From: a virus
Direction: 5' to 3' (one strand)
Virus record (IMG/VR): IMGVR_UViG_3300029310_000016
Length of the DNA stretch: 49,780 nucleotides
Part shown: in pieces, positions 32,365 through 42,284 of the stretch
Numbering within the stretch: position 1 is the first letter of the stretch
Layout: each line of letters starts with the position of its first letter
Notes under the pieces: model-generated
What the model saw: only the letters and a program-made list of their open reading frames with translations
What the model was told of the DNA's origin: nothing
Databases searched by the model: none
Made by a program: the position numbers and the translations under genes

Positions 32365-33072
32365 TCATTTAAACATGGCTTTGATTTGTTCAATGTTGTC
32401 AGCTGTCACCTTTATCTGCTTGGCGTTGGCTGCTGGCAAGTGCGCATTCTTCCTTTCTTCGTCCGTCAGGTAGATGCTCTGCACGCTGTCTGCTAACATG
32501 AGCTGCAGATTATTGTAAGATATTCCCCACATCACGTAATCGTACGTCCAGCCGAATTTTTCGCACGCTGTAGCCAAGAGTGAACCGTAAATGCTTTTAC
32601 CGCCAAAAATATAGGTGTTAGCATTGTCTTTCGCTTTCTGAACCCTTTCCATGCGTTCTCGCTCCTTGATGATGCCGAGAATCTTCATATACTGCATAAG
32701 CTTGCTGTCTTGCAACACGATAAGCAGAAGAACTGCTATATCCTGTTCGCTCGCCTGACGTTTGAGAAAGTCATGAATCATGCTGTCTCCCCATTGTGAC
32801 ACCCAATCACGAGGATCTATCATGTAAGCCTGTAATAGCATGCAGCATTCATGCTTGCAAGTGTAAGCAAGGCGCAAGCACTCCAGCACAGGATTCTTGC
32901 CCATCAAGCGCGCATCTATGCCTAATTGTGGCAATAGAACTGCTGCTGCTTGCATCACTCCGAGCGTAGGCTGGTAGAGCATGTACGCCCCCCTTTTTCT
33001 TCCGTCCTTGTCTAATATAATAAAACGTCTTCTGCAATCAAGCAATACAGGCGTGATGTCTGTTGTTTCCAT
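32365..33072 (-). CDS. Tail assembly chaperone-position protein
   Basis: 235-aa ORF between the tail tube and the tape measure. Confidence 0.45.
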   Translation of the reverse strand: METTDITPVLLDCRRRFIILDKDGRKRGAYMLYQPTLGVMQAAAVLLPQLGIDARLMGKNPVLECLRLAYTCKHECCMLLQAYMIDPRDWVSQWGDSMIHDFLKRQASEQDIAVLLLIVLQDSKLMQYMKILGIIKERERMERVQKAKDNANTYIFGGKSIYGSLLATACEKFGWTYDYVMWGISYNNLQLMLADSVQSIYLTDEERKNAHLPAANAKQIKVTADNIEQIKAMFK

Positions 33073-33088
33073 ACTTGTATGATTTTAT

Positions 33089-33131
33089 AAAAAAAATGGC
33101 GGCAAGGCTTTTTGCTCATCCCTACCGCCAT
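33089..33131 (-). terminator. Rho-independent terminator/attenuator after the tail-tube genes
   Basis: AUGGCGG...CCGCCAU 7-bp stem followed by U8. Confidence 0.5.
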
Positions 33132-33137
33132 CTTTAT

Positions 33138-33503
33138 TCATGATTCTGTAGCATAGCCTTCCACGGTGATGTCTGTCACGAATCCGACACTGCTGTTCCA
33201 ACCGACCGTAATAATCTGTGTGCAGTCGTAAATTACAAGAGAACTGCCCGATGTGGTCAGCATGCAAGAGTCAACCTTCTTGAATCCCACAGCATCTTCA
33301 GCCACCCCATACGTCTGATACTTGAGGGTGTATTTGACTCTTCCTCCTATGGCTGCCACCTCGCCACCTTCATACTTTGCCTTGATAATCTCAGAATCGT
33401 CCGAGGAAAGGCTTACCGAGCCTTCCACGACCTTTTCTCCCTGAATCACCAAGTCTTTAGCAATAACAATTTCTGTTGCCTCTGCTCCCTGCTGTACTCC
33501 CAT
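33138..33503 (-). CDS. Major tail (tube) protein paralog 2
   Basis: Shares VEGS..L......EGGEV.A......Y.L..Q..G with 33518..33964. Confidence 0.55.
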   Translation of the reverse strand: MGVQQGAEATEIVIAKDLVIQGEKVVEGSVSLSSDDSEIIKAKYEGGEVAAIGGRVKYTLKYQTYGVAEDAVGFKKVDSCMLTTSGSSLVIYDCTQIITVGWNSSVGFVTDITVEGYATES

Positions 33504-33517
33504 AACTCACCTCCTTG

Positions 33518-33964
33518 CTATTCTTTTGTTTCCTCAGTAGCGACAGCCCATTTTATAGAGCCATCCTCCTGCCGCACTGCATCACAGGTGTAATTGGTAA
33601 CTGTGCCGTACTCGCTTGAAAAGCCAGGCTGCACGTTGATAACTGCTGTGATTGTGAATACCTCTTTGTCCACGCCTGAATCACAGTTGACGAGCGTCAC
33701 GTCATGATAACCAGCAACGATACCGTCAATGTTTTCGATTGACGGCTGGCCAAACTCTTGAAATGTAAGGCTGTACTTGTTGCGCTGATAGCGTGTCGCA
33801 ATGACTTCACCGCCTTCAATGACGGCTTCGGTCTTCTGTCCTTGCTCTGTGTTCAGCTGCGTAGACCCTTCGACAATGTCCTCTATGGTTATTGCCTGTC
33901 CGCGCTGTCCATTCTTATCTACGACAACTTTGCATTTACCCCAGTCGAGCTCTTGATTTTCCAT
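33518..33964 (-). CDS. Major tail (tube) protein paralog 1
   Basis: Lies after the tail terminator-like gene; paralogous to 33138..33503. Confidence 0.55.
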   Translation of the reverse strand: MENQELDWGKCKVVVDKNGQRGQAITIEDIVEGSTQLNTEQGQKTEAVIEGGEVIATRYQRNKYSLTFQEFGQPSIENIDGIVAGYHDVTLVNCDSGVDKEVFTITAVINVQPGFSSEYGTVTNYTCDAVRQEDGSIKWAVATEETKE

Positions 33965-33978
33965 ACTCTTGATTTTTT

Positions 33979-34389
33979 TTACTTGATATTTGGACGTTTG
34001 AAATCGAACGAAAAGTTAAGAAGGTGCTCTCTTGTGTCTCTCAGTATAAAATTGTCTGGTGCTTGGGAAAACGACCAAGAACTGCTGCTGTTGAGCTTAA
34101 GTAGCGCAAGCATCTCATCCCCCACTTCTTCAAGCTCTGTCATCCTTGCCTTGTTAGGAAAGAATCGGCTTTCTGTCTTGATGTCCTGAACGTAGATATT
34201 GACTTTCACAACCCCACGCTGCACCTGTCCGCTTGACACTGTGCTGACCACAATCTCAGCATCTTCCTGTCCGCTGTCCTGCGGTCTGCACTCAGACCTG
34301 TAGACACCACCTTTGACAATGTTGCTGAGATATGGTCTCAGAATCGTGTAAACCCATTTCTCTATACGCTCTCTTCCTATTATCGCCAT
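33979..34389 (-). CDS. Tail terminator / tail completion-like protein
   Basis: 136 aa; gene order places it between the gp10-like neck protein and the tube. Confidence 0.45.
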   Translation of the reverse strand: MAIIGRERIEKWVYTILRPYLSNIVKGGVYRSECRPQDSGQEDAEIVVSTVSSGQVQRGVVKVNIYVQDIKTESRFFPNKARMTELEEVGDEMLALLKLNSSSSWSFSQAPDNFILRDTREHLLNFSFDFKRPNIK

Positions 34390-34841
34390 ACTGATTTCAA
34401 TGCTCTTTTAACACCTTCTCGCACTTCTTCTTCCGCCTTGATTTTAGCCGAGTCGAGCACATTCAGACCCATCGCTTCCACATACGTTGCGTATGACATT
34501 CCAGCTACGATGATGAGCACAAGTCCTTTGCTGTACTGAGCTGCCAGCTGCTCCACAAAATCTTTGCCCTTCAAAGATCCTTCTGCTCCATCACCGAGGT
34601 TGCCTGATTTTGGCTTAAATCCACCCTCATCTACAATCCTGCCGCCATCGACTATGCAATAGCCGACCGAACTTTGTAGATTGCCTGTCTGCGCAAGATA
34701 GCGATGATGCTCTCTCGCTTCCGTTACCGCTTCCAGTCCTGCTTTATGCAGAGCCGAAACAAGGCGTTGATGAAGCTTGTCCGCTTTCGCCCGAATATCC
34801 TTGATGATAGCGTTCGGGTCTCCTATACTCTTAATCGGCAT
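34380..34841 (-). CDS. HK97 gp10-like neck protein
   Basis: GMSYATYVEAMG and the length fit the gp10 family. The start is at MPIKSIGDPN. Confidence 0.55.
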   Translation of the reverse strand: MPIKSIGDPNAIIKDIRAKADKLHQRLVSALHKAGLEAVTEAREHHRYLAQTGNLQSSVGYCIVDGGRIVDEGGFKPKSGNLGDGAEGSLKGKDFVEQLAAQYSKGLVLIIVAGMSYATYVEAMGLNVLDSAKIKAEEEVREGVKRALKSVWR

Positions 34842-35169
34842 ATCTCTCAACAGATAGCTTAACGGCATCAACGCAGTCGAGGTACTGCACATCTTGAATG
34901 CGGAATCGCCCCATCCTGCCGCCCCTGCTGTCACGCAAAATGACTTCTGAGACCTCAATAGCGGTTTGTTCGCACAGGACATCGCAAGTTGCAGAAGTAA
35001 ACGCTACCCCTCCGCCTTCTGTCTGATTGTCCTTTCTCCTGCTTCCGCTTATATTAACAGGGACGGCCTCTCCTACTGTCTCGCCCCCCTCTGTGACAGG
35101 TGCTCCGTATTTATCGAATCCTCCGCTATGGATAAGCACCTCCTGCATTGTGCCGTTAGCTATAATCAT
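34831..35169 (-). CDS. Head closure / head-tail joining protein
   Basis: 112 aa; called by position in the connector block. Confidence 0.45.
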   Translation of the reverse strand: MIIANGTMQEVLIHSGGFDKYGAPVTEGGETVGEAVPVNISGSRRKDNQTEGGGVAFTSATCDVLCEQTAIEVSEVILRDSRGGRMGRFRIQDVQYLDCVDAVKLSVERYAD

Positions 35170-35174
35170 GCTTG

Positions 35175-35498
35175 TTAATAATTATCGCCAACATAGCCAT
35201 ACGCCATGCTCGCTCCTGTTTCATCCCCAGTCTCATCAGACAATGACTCTGCCATCTTGCGATAACGCTCTTTGTCAGATTCGCCCAACGTGTAGCTGAT
35301 GCCTGCCTGAGTGACGTTTGGAGCAGTTGCCAAAAACCTGTAAACGCTTGCAAGAGCCGCCTTGTACTGCTTGCTCCTTCGCAGTTCTTGTGCAGCTTCC
35401 GCTTCCGTTTTCAACCCTGCCGCTTCGCAGATATTCTCCACAACTGCAACAGGCACAGGATATGACGTGACAGCTCGTAGCGATTGTATTACCTTCAT
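35175..35498 (-). CDS. Head-tail connector (gp6-like) protein
   Basis: 107 aa, directly downstream of the capsid gene. Confidence 0.45.
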   Translation of the reverse strand: MKVIQSLRAVTSYPVPVAVVENICEAAGLKTEAEAAQELRRSKQYKAALASVYRFLATAPNVTQAGISYTLGESDKERYRKMAESLSDETGDETGASMAYGYVGDNY

Positions 35499-35520
35499 CC
35501 TATTCCTTGTTAACTCTCAC

Positions 35521-36636
35521 TCACTTCTGGCCTCCATTCCATGATGTCTGTGTGACATTGAGGAAGCCTTTAGTGCGTCTGTTAGTTAGACCAACTTGAG
35601 CATAACCCTCTGCCGATGTGATAACATTGTCAGGATTGCGCTCACCGATGATGCTCACGCTGTAGAACTCTCCCTGTGACTCGATTGATACCTTGTCCTC
35701 CGCATCTTCGATATGCTTACGCTTCCAATACGTCCAGCCAAGCTGCGGAGTGGTCGAAAGTGTCACCACGTTCTCGTTCCAAGGCTTGATGTTCTCCTGC
35801 GAGCCGTCAAGATTCTCGTAGCCAACCCACGAATCTATGACGAGAATGTGCGGATATCCCATGCCGTCCATGTAGTTGTTTATGGTCGAAAGATTGACCA
35901 TTCCGCTGCTGTACAGGTCAAGGTTCTTCAGAAGAGGGAAAAGTCGTTTACAGGTCTTCTCTTGCGCTATGAGCTGATTGAAGGCCTTCTTTTCCATGTA
36001 CGCAAACATAGGCTTGCCGAATCCCTTTGAAGAGATAGTCTCCTGAAGGTCGATGATGTCCTTCAAGCCATCCGCATTCTTCTGGTCAGTCCAAGCTGTG
36101 GCCGCACCGATGAAATTCTCAGCTGGCACATTGAAGTCAATCTCATCCTCTGTAGCCATATCCCCCTCTCTGTCCACAGGGAAGGTTTGCTTGCCGAGCG
36201 ATGCAATGCCGAGCGCGTCAATCTCAATCTTGGCTGGCATGGCCTTCTCGCAGAAACGCACATCATTGTACGCCATGTTCACCAGCTCGTTTGCTATAGC
36301 TGGATCTGAACTGTTGGCAGCGATTGACTGCAGATCGCGGAAATCCTGTATCTCGATCTCGTCCATGCTGCGTGACGCTGCGTATTTACCAAGCTTCAGC
36401 TCATTCTTGCCAAGTTCCTTGCGCGTGAAGAGCGGATTCTTAGAATTAAAGGCAACTCGTCTTGCTGCGATTGGCAGTCCCTCATCACCTTCGATAGTCT
36501 TAACTGTAAAACGCACCACCTCCTTCAGGGGGAAAAGTGTGCGCCAGTAATGTTGAGAGCCGAGCGTACTGTTATTCAGCTCGAACGTTAATGAGGCGTT
36601 GTCCACCTCAGTCAGTGGTTTGCATGCTTGTCCCAT
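35521..36636 (-). CDS. Major capsid protein (lambda gpE-like)
   Basis: 371 aa. The order scaffold, decoration-position gene, capsid mirrors lambda Nu3-D-E. Confidence 0.7.
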   Translation of the reverse strand: MGQACKPLTEVDNASLTFELNNSTLGSQHYWRTLFPLKEVVRFTVKTIEGDEGLPIAARRVAFNSKNPLFTRKELGKNELKLGKYAASRSMDEIEIQDFRDLQSIAANSSDPAIANELVNMAYNDVRFCEKAMPAKIEIDALGIASLGKQTFPVDREGDMATEDEIDFNVPAENFIGAATAWTDQKNADGLKDIIDLQETISSKGFGKPMFAYMEKKAFNQLIAQEKTCKRLFPLLKNLDLYSSGMVNLSTINNYMDGMGYPHILVIDSWVGYENLDGSQENIKPWNENVVTLSTTPQLGWTYWKRKHIEDAEDKVSIESQGEFYSVSIIGERNPDNVITSAEGYAQVGLTNRRTKGFLNVTQTSWNGGQK

Positions 36637-36653
36637 GTCTTGCTTCGCTTAGA

Positions 36654-37226
36654 TTACACGAGATTCACGCCCTTCATGAGAGCCACAACCTCTTCTGCCA
36701 CTGGTGCTGTCTCCTTGCGGAGATTGCAACCGTTAATAAGTCTCACTGCATAGTCTCCCTCTCCTGCTGGCACATCATTGCCTGCAATGTAGACTGGCAC
36801 ATCCTTTGGTGCTGCCGCATTTGCTGATGCCGCCTTCGCTTCGTAGAGAGCGACTCCTTTGGCGATGTCCACGCCAAGGGTGACGGTTACTGAGTCATAC
36901 GCTTCGTTGCTTGTGTCTACCGCAGTGCATGCCACAGCCTTCTTGCCATGACCGATAACGTCACCGTTAGCCACGCCCGACCCTTTTGCAATCTGGATCG
37001 TCTCGTCTGATGCCTGTACAGCCTTCACTAGGACATACGCCTTAATCGCCTTGAACCTGTTGCCATCTGCAGCTACGGCCGAACCCTGCTTCACGACATT
37101 GGCAGGATTGGAAATGATTCCACCTCCAGGCTTCTCTGCCCACACCTGTTCAATGACAACAGGCGCAGCCGATGGTGCTGCCTCATACTTTGTGTTCACC
37201 TTCATTTTCTTTTCGTTTTTGTTCAT
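36654..37226 (-). CDS. Head decoration-position protein
   Basis: 190 aa, Ala/Val/Gly-rich, between the scaffold and capsid genes. Confidence 0.45.
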   Translation of the reverse strand: MNKNEKKMKVNTKYEAAPSAAPVVIEQVWAEKPGGGIISNPANVVKQGSAVAADGNRFKAIKAYVLVKAVQASDETIQIAKGSGVANGDVIGHGKKAVACTAVDTSNEAYDSVTVTLGVDIAKGVALYEAKAASANAAAPKDVPVYIAGNDVPAGEGDYAVRLINGCNLRKETAPVAEEVVALMKGVNLV

Positions 37227-37925
37227 TTAATTACCGTCTGACGGCATGCCCAAGATTATTGCCGCTCCTGTCTTCGCTGGAGCTGTCTTCTGCGCCTCCA
37301 CTTGTGCTTTAAGGGCTGCATTCACTTCACCTGTGCCGCTTCCACCAGCTTTAGGTGGCGTGACAATTCCTGTTTTCGCCAATACGGTTTTGTTCACATT
37401 TTCAACTTCGTCCTTTTTCGCCTTCATCCAGGTTGCGAAATCATCATCATCCTTGAATGACATGCGGCCAAAGCTGTCTACATACAGAGCCTTGATAGGC
37501 TCTGGCAAACCTGCAATAACGGTTTCAAGCTGTGCCTTGCGTGCGCTTGATGTCTTGTCTTCGTCCATCTTAGCCATACGCTCCTGAAGAGCCTTGTTGC
37601 TGTCGATTAACGCCTTGGCCCAAGCTGGCACATCGTCAGGGTTTGGCTCTACAGTCACAGGTGGCTTTTCCACGCCCTCCACTGGCTTGCCGTTCTTGAC
37701 TTTATACTTCTTCTCATAATTGGTTACAGCGTTCTTTGCGGCTTCTGTTGCCCTGCTGTCCCCATACGCACCCAGTACCGTCTGGAACGTGACCCCTTTA
37801 ATGTAGGTTTCCACTTCTTCCTCGCTTGTAATAGTCTTCGCAGCCTTCTCTGCTATCCTATCCAGGATGCCATCCTCAACCCCTTCAAACTTGGTTTTGA
37901 GAGCTTCTTTGATTTTTGTCTTCAT
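37227..37925 (-). CDS. Scaffolding protein
   Basis: 232 aa, helical, Lys/Glu/Ala-rich, upstream of the capsid genes. Confidence 0.55.
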   Translation of the reverse strand: MKTKIKEALKTKFEGVEDGILDRIAEKAAKTITSEEEVETYIKGVTFQTVLGAYGDSRATEAAKNAVTNYEKKYKVKNGKPVEGVEKPPVTVEPNPDDVPAWAKALIDSNKALQERMAKMDEDKTSSARKAQLETVIAGLPEPIKALYVDSFGRMSFKDDDDFATWMKAKKDEVENVNKTVLAKTGIVTPPKAGGSGTGEVNAALKAQVEAQKTAPAKTGAAIILGMPSDGN

Positions 37926-37956
37926 GCAGATTAAATTATAATTAGCTAATTACATA

Positions 37957-37964
37957 CAAATATA
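37957..37964 (-). promoter_or_regulatory. TAnnTTTG -7 box (TATATTTG) upstream of the scaffold gene
   Basis: Plus-strand caaatata, 31 nt before the ATG, in a 174-nt AT-rich gap. Confidence 0.3.
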
Positions 37965-38099
37965 ATCACTTTTGCTGTTTTCTCCTTATATTTTATATTA
38001 TTTAACCTTTTCTTATATTGTCTGATATGGTCTTTCTGTTTCTTATGAAATGCAAACAGAATACAAACAGGACTGTAAAAATATATCTAACCACTTCTT

Positions 38100-38342
38100 T
38101 CATCCATCTTCATCATCTTCTTCGTCACTGCCGAGCGCATCCATCACAGCCAGACTTTCTTTCCAGTCCTTTGTCCATCGGAGCTTGCCGTTCTCTTCGA
38201 TGATATACTGAGGATAACCTATGCAATGTTCTTGGCCATCGGTAAAGATTGGCTCATAGACTTTGCAATCATGCCACTTTCCTGCATAGCGCACGCTGTG
38301 AAAACCACTTTTTCGTGCTAATTCCTTAATTTTTTTCTTCAT
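38100..38342 (-). CDS. Small acidic-tailed protein, candidate immunity partner of the MuF fusion
   Basis: 80 aa ending in SDEEDDEDG, immediately downstream of the MuF polyvalent protein. Confidence 0.4.
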   Translation of the reverse strand: MKKKIKELARKSGFHSVRYAGKWHDCKVYEPIFTDGQEHCIGYPQYIIEENGKLRWTKDWKESLAVMDALGSDEEDDEDG

Positions 38343-38447
38343 TCTGTTTGTTGTTTTAGAAATAGTTTGTAATTTTGTGGTGTAAGAAAGTTAGGTGACT
38401 TATGGTCTGTCGTTTGGAGGGCTTTTTCCATGTAAGGGCAGCATAGG

Positions 38448-40808
38448 TCACTTTTCTTTTAACGAATATGGTATTTCCTGTAGCGTTCTGTGCTTATTTG
38501 ATTTTTTTCTAAGCACCTCAGTTTTTAATTCATACACCTTACCATTATACTCAAAATTGTAAGACACCATGTGTTTTACTCCATCTGCAATCTTTTTCTT
38601 GTAGTTTTTTCGCTGCATATTGATATAACTATATTTTGCGTCTTTCAGGTCGTGCAAATTGTCTCTCAAATGTGCAATGGCAAGTAATTCGTCTTTTGTA
38701 TAAGCATGGAATATTAGGCAGTCTAAAGCATCTTTGGTAAGTGTTAACGATTTCGTATAAGCATTATTAAGCGTTATTACATTCTCGCTCCATTTGTCTC
38801 TCAATGATGATTTTGTCAATTCTTTGCCCATCTTACGGAATAAACTCTTGTCAGTCTCAGGTGTAACATGACAATCTTTATATTTCTCTTTCCATTCATG
38901 TAATGAGAGTGGCGTACCGTTCACGCCGCCTGACGTTTTCTTCTCTATTTTCTTCTTCCACCATTCCTTCTGCTCTGCAGTCATCATTGGTGTTGCAAGT
39001 CCGCTTCCAGCCTTCTTTACCACACCCTTCACAATAAGGGGATTAGGCCGTAAGTTGTCAACACGATAAGCACGCAGCGAAGCTTTCTTCAAATCAAAAC
39101 GCACTCTCCGTCCATCCATCATCCACTTGTTTATAGAGGCCGACTCTATTCCTGTTTGAGGATCGTAATAACGCCTTGTTCCGTCCGCAAACACCTCCAT
39201 GGTGATGATATGCCCTGAATACTTCTGGCCTCTATGCTTTTTCCACGTCCAGCTTATATGGTATCTACCTGGCTCAGCTGTCTTCTTCTCGAATTCAGTC
39301 AAGACTTCCTTCTCTGTTGTGAGAATCCATCGCCCCGACCGCCAGTCTATCGGCAGCTGAAAGCAGCGTATCGGCTTTGGCATATTCCCATCAACATCGA
39401 GCCATGCCGCACGTGTGTTGTATGCGAGCTGACCTCCCATGCTTCCATCCACATTGCCGAACGCTTCTACTGGAAGTCCTCGCCTTCTCAGCTCGTATGT
39501 CACCACGCAGCTCTGACAGTTGATTCTGTACTGCTCATCCTCGCCATAACATGGGTTTGGATGCTTCATGTCGGCCTGTTCGTGTGCCATCGGCTCGCCT
39601 ATCTCCACACCAACAGCTTTTGCAAGCTTAGACAGTTCATCATCCGATTTTCCTGTCTTCTTCTGCTCGCCTGTCCATCGCAGTCCTTTCTTTACATCTC
39701 CGTCCTTGTAGTTGTCCTTGATGAAATAAGGCATGCTCTTTGCTTTCTCGATCCTGTCCTCATTCTTCTTCATCCAGCCTGTAAAAGCATCTGGCATGTC
39801 CTTTACTTCGTCTTTGAAGTGGTAGTCACTAATATCTTCACCTCTGTCTTCCGCTTGCCACATTTCATCTATCTCGTCCCATGTCGCAACGATAGGCACA
39901 GCGATGCATCTGCAAAACGGATGCCACCCATCGAATTTGAAAGGCTTCGGGTAGTCACCCTGCAGCTCATCGCAGATGTCCCAAAACGGCACTCTCTGCC
40001 CTTTGTTGTTCACGATAGTGTGATTGTTGCTCAGCTCTATGCGTATGCCCTTAACCAGCGGTATGCCCTGCCATTGGTGGTAATCGGATGTGTGATAGGC
40101 TATATTCGTCTCTGTGGCCGTCATGCGGATGGCGTTCCTGTATGAACTTCGATACACGCCCTGCCCTGGATGGTATGCCGCTGCCCTCTTAGACAAGTGC
40201 AGCATCCCATGCTTGTCCCTAACCCTGCGGAACAGCTTTTTAGGCTCGTTAAGATACTTCCTCACGTCTCTTGACAGCTCTGCCGCACTCTTGCCTTCTC
40301 CAAGTCCTAAATCAAGCGCAAGCTCCAGCTCCTGCTTCGCCTGATCCTTGATTCGCCACACTCGCTGCGAGAGATTCATTCCGTCCGTCTTGCGCTTCTG
40401 GAACGCCTTCAATGCGGACAGATTAGGCTCTTTCCATTTCTCGATGATGCTCTTGCTTATGCCTGTGCTCTTCGTGAGCCCATCAATAAGCTTTGCGTTC
40501 TTCTCCGCAGCCAGCAGCCACTCACTCTTGTCACCTCGCTCCACAACGATCTGCATCTTCTGTCCCATCTGTGACAGCAGTTCGTCTATCCTCTTTTCCG
40601 CTTGCGGATGCTCTGAAAGCACAAAAGGCGAGGCAGGGTCGTTGAACCCTGTAGCCTCACCTATGCGCGCTGCTTCCTTCGCAAGCTCGTCATACACAGC
40701 ATCTATCGCCTTCTTTATCGCATTGAGGTTCTTAAGATGCCGCTTGTCGTATGCGCTCGCTATCTTGCGCACGACCTCTTCTGTAGTTACCTTCCCCTTC
40801 TTAGCCAT
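38448..40808 (-). CDS. MuF / SPP1 gp7-like head morphogenesis protein fused to a papain-like (Cys-His-Asp) domain and a further C-terminal domain
   Basis: MuF core ...NIAYHTSDYHQWQG...GWHPFCRCIAVPI. Then NCQSCVVTYELRRRG ... SGHIITMEV ... YYDPQTG, then about 230 more residues. Confidence 0.7.
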   Translation of the reverse strand: MAKKGKVTTEEVVRKIASAYDKRHLKNLNAIKKAIDAVYDELAKEAARIGEATGFNDPASPFVLSEHPQAEKRIDELLSQMGQKMQIVVERGDKSEWLLAAEKNAKLIDGLTKSTGISKSIIEKWKEPNLSALKAFQKRKTDGMNLSQRVWRIKDQAKQELELALDLGLGEGKSAAELSRDVRKYLNEPKKLFRRVRDKHGMLHLSKRAAAYHPGQGVYRSSYRNAIRMTATETNIAYHTSDYHQWQGIPLVKGIRIELSNNHTIVNNKGQRVPFWDICDELQGDYPKPFKFDGWHPFCRCIAVPIVATWDEIDEMWQAEDRGEDISDYHFKDEVKDMPDAFTGWMKKNEDRIEKAKSMPYFIKDNYKDGDVKKGLRWTGEQKKTGKSDDELSKLAKAVGVEIGEPMAHEQADMKHPNPCYGEDEQYRINCQSCVVTYELRRRGLPVEAFGNVDGSMGGQLAYNTRAAWLDVDGNMPKPIRCFQLPIDWRSGRWILTTEKEVLTEFEKKTAEPGRYHISWTWKKHRGQKYSGHIITMEVFADGTRRYYDPQTGIESASINKWMMDGRRVRFDLKKASLRAYRVDNLRPNPLIVKGVVKKAGSGLATPMMTAEQKEWWKKKIEKKTSGGVNGTPLSLHEWKEKYKDCHVTPETDKSLFRKMGKELTKSSLRDKWSENVITLNNAYTKSLTLTKDALDCLIFHAYTKDELLAIAHLRDNLHDLKDAKYSYINMQRKNYKKKIADGVKHMVSYNFEYNGKVYELKTEVLRKKSNKHRTLQEIPYSLKEK

Positions 40809-42187
40809 TATTCTGTAGGCTCGTTAAACAGGCTGCTTGTTGATGCCTCCTGCTCGTTTGCTATCTGCTCCAGCTCTGCCTCCACATCATCAACCATGCC
40901 AAGGCGTTTGACAGCTGTCCTCTGTGACATTATTTGCATGCCCCCTGTTGCATTAGAAAGCATCTGCACCCTTTCAGAAGTGTCATTGATTTGGAACGGT
41001 GTAATCTGCACGTTTACTTGCAACGCATCTATGGCTGCTGAAAGAGAAGGGTACATGTTCTTCATGTGCGCCTTTACCACGTTGACCTCACGACTGAAGA
41101 ATTCTTCCCAGATGCCGCTTTCATCTGTAGCCTTCTGCTGTGCGTCAAGGAACATCATCTTGCGGCTCTCGCCTGACATCGGAGCACTCTTCATGTTCTC
41201 GTAGCTGATATCTGGCAGCTGGAGCTGCATGAAGAAATTCTGCTTGATTGTGTCTACATGGAACTTCAAGCTGTCGATTGCCTGCGCCCATGTCTCATAT
41301 CCAACCTTTGCGTCCTTCGGGTAATGCAGAAAGGCCACGCCATCATTATCCTTGTTGACAGTGCTCCCTTGGGTAACGTTCTTCTCGTCCGAACACACCA
41401 CCCAATTAGGGCGAGCGTTCTTCCTGAGATAATTTCCATTGCGCGAGAGTGCCCATTCTGCTTCATACACATTGTCACTCTCATCCTCCCACACTGGTTC
41501 TGGTCTCATGGCATACACGCCACTTATTTTGCCGATGCTGATTGACTCCCTCAGTTCCTCTTGCCATCCTCCAATCTGCACCCATCTGACATGTTCTTCG
41601 GCCGCATAGGTCTCAAAGTAGTTGATTGTGTCGTTGCCTTCTGTGCGAGAGTATTTCACCGAAAGCGCAATCAGATCATTATACTCGTCAAAGAGCGGAT
41701 AAAGCTCAGAGCCGCCCATCGGACTGTACGACACGCAGCGCAGTTTCAGTTTGCTCGGTTCTTCTGCATACGTGACATCAGCCTCCTGAGCATACCATAT
41801 CGTAAGGATCTCGCACGAGGCGTACAGCTGCTTGCATCTGTCCCTGTTCACAGAATCAATCCTGTTGGCCTTGAATATGGCTTCCATTATGGATGCAGCC
41901 TTCTGTTGATTCTCATCGTCATGTGCATCATAGATACGCTGCACAGGCGTGCCGAACAATAGGCCTGACATTCGTTTTACGGCCAATTTCTGCCATCCTC
42001 TTGTGATGCGCGTGACCTTCTCCTTCTTCTTATCTGGATAAAGTGCCTTATCCATGACTGGATGCTTCTTCTGATTGTACTCTCTCTCAAGCTGCGTCCA
42101 TGGGCGCAGCTTAAATTGCTTCTTCATCAGGTCTGCGATAGTGTCTGCCGCAGCTCTGTCTCTCTTCATTATCTCCTTTATATCCAT
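40808..42187 (-). CDS. Portal protein (SPP1 gp6-like)
   Basis: 459 aa between terL and the MuF protein. Confidence 0.75.
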   Translation of the reverse strand: MDIKEIMKRDRAAADTIADLMKKQFKLRPWTQLEREYNQKKHPVMDKALYPDKKKEKVTRITRGWQKLAVKRMSGLLFGTPVQRIYDAHDDENQQKAASIMEAIFKANRIDSVNRDRCKQLYASCEILTIWYAQEADVTYAEEPSKLKLRCVSYSPMGGSELYPLFDEYNDLIALSVKYSRTEGNDTINYFETYAAEEHVRWVQIGGWQEELRESISIGKISGVYAMRPEPVWEDESDNVYEAEWALSRNGNYLRKNARPNWVVCSDEKNVTQGSTVNKDNDGVAFLHYPKDAKVGYETWAQAIDSLKFHVDTIKQNFFMQLQLPDISYENMKSAPMSGESRKMMFLDAQQKATDESGIWEEFFSREVNVVKAHMKNMYPSLSAAIDALQVNVQITPFQINDTSERVQMLSNATGGMQIMSQRTAVKRLGMVDDVEAELEQIANEQEASTSSLFNEPTE

Positions 42188-42284
42188 TCCTTCATTTTTT
42201 TATTCTGCGAACATCAACCATCCGTCAAATGTTCGTCTGATTACACTTCATGCCTCTGTGCGCTTGTTTGGCGGCAAATCAAGC

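Noticed and set aside
32361-32393. Programmed -1 frameshift between the two chaperone-position ORFs upstream of the tape measure
   Set aside because: The downstream frame is +1 relative to the upstream one. No X XXY YYZ slippery heptamer lies in the 29-nt overlap, and an ordinary ATG at 32363 explains the small ORF.
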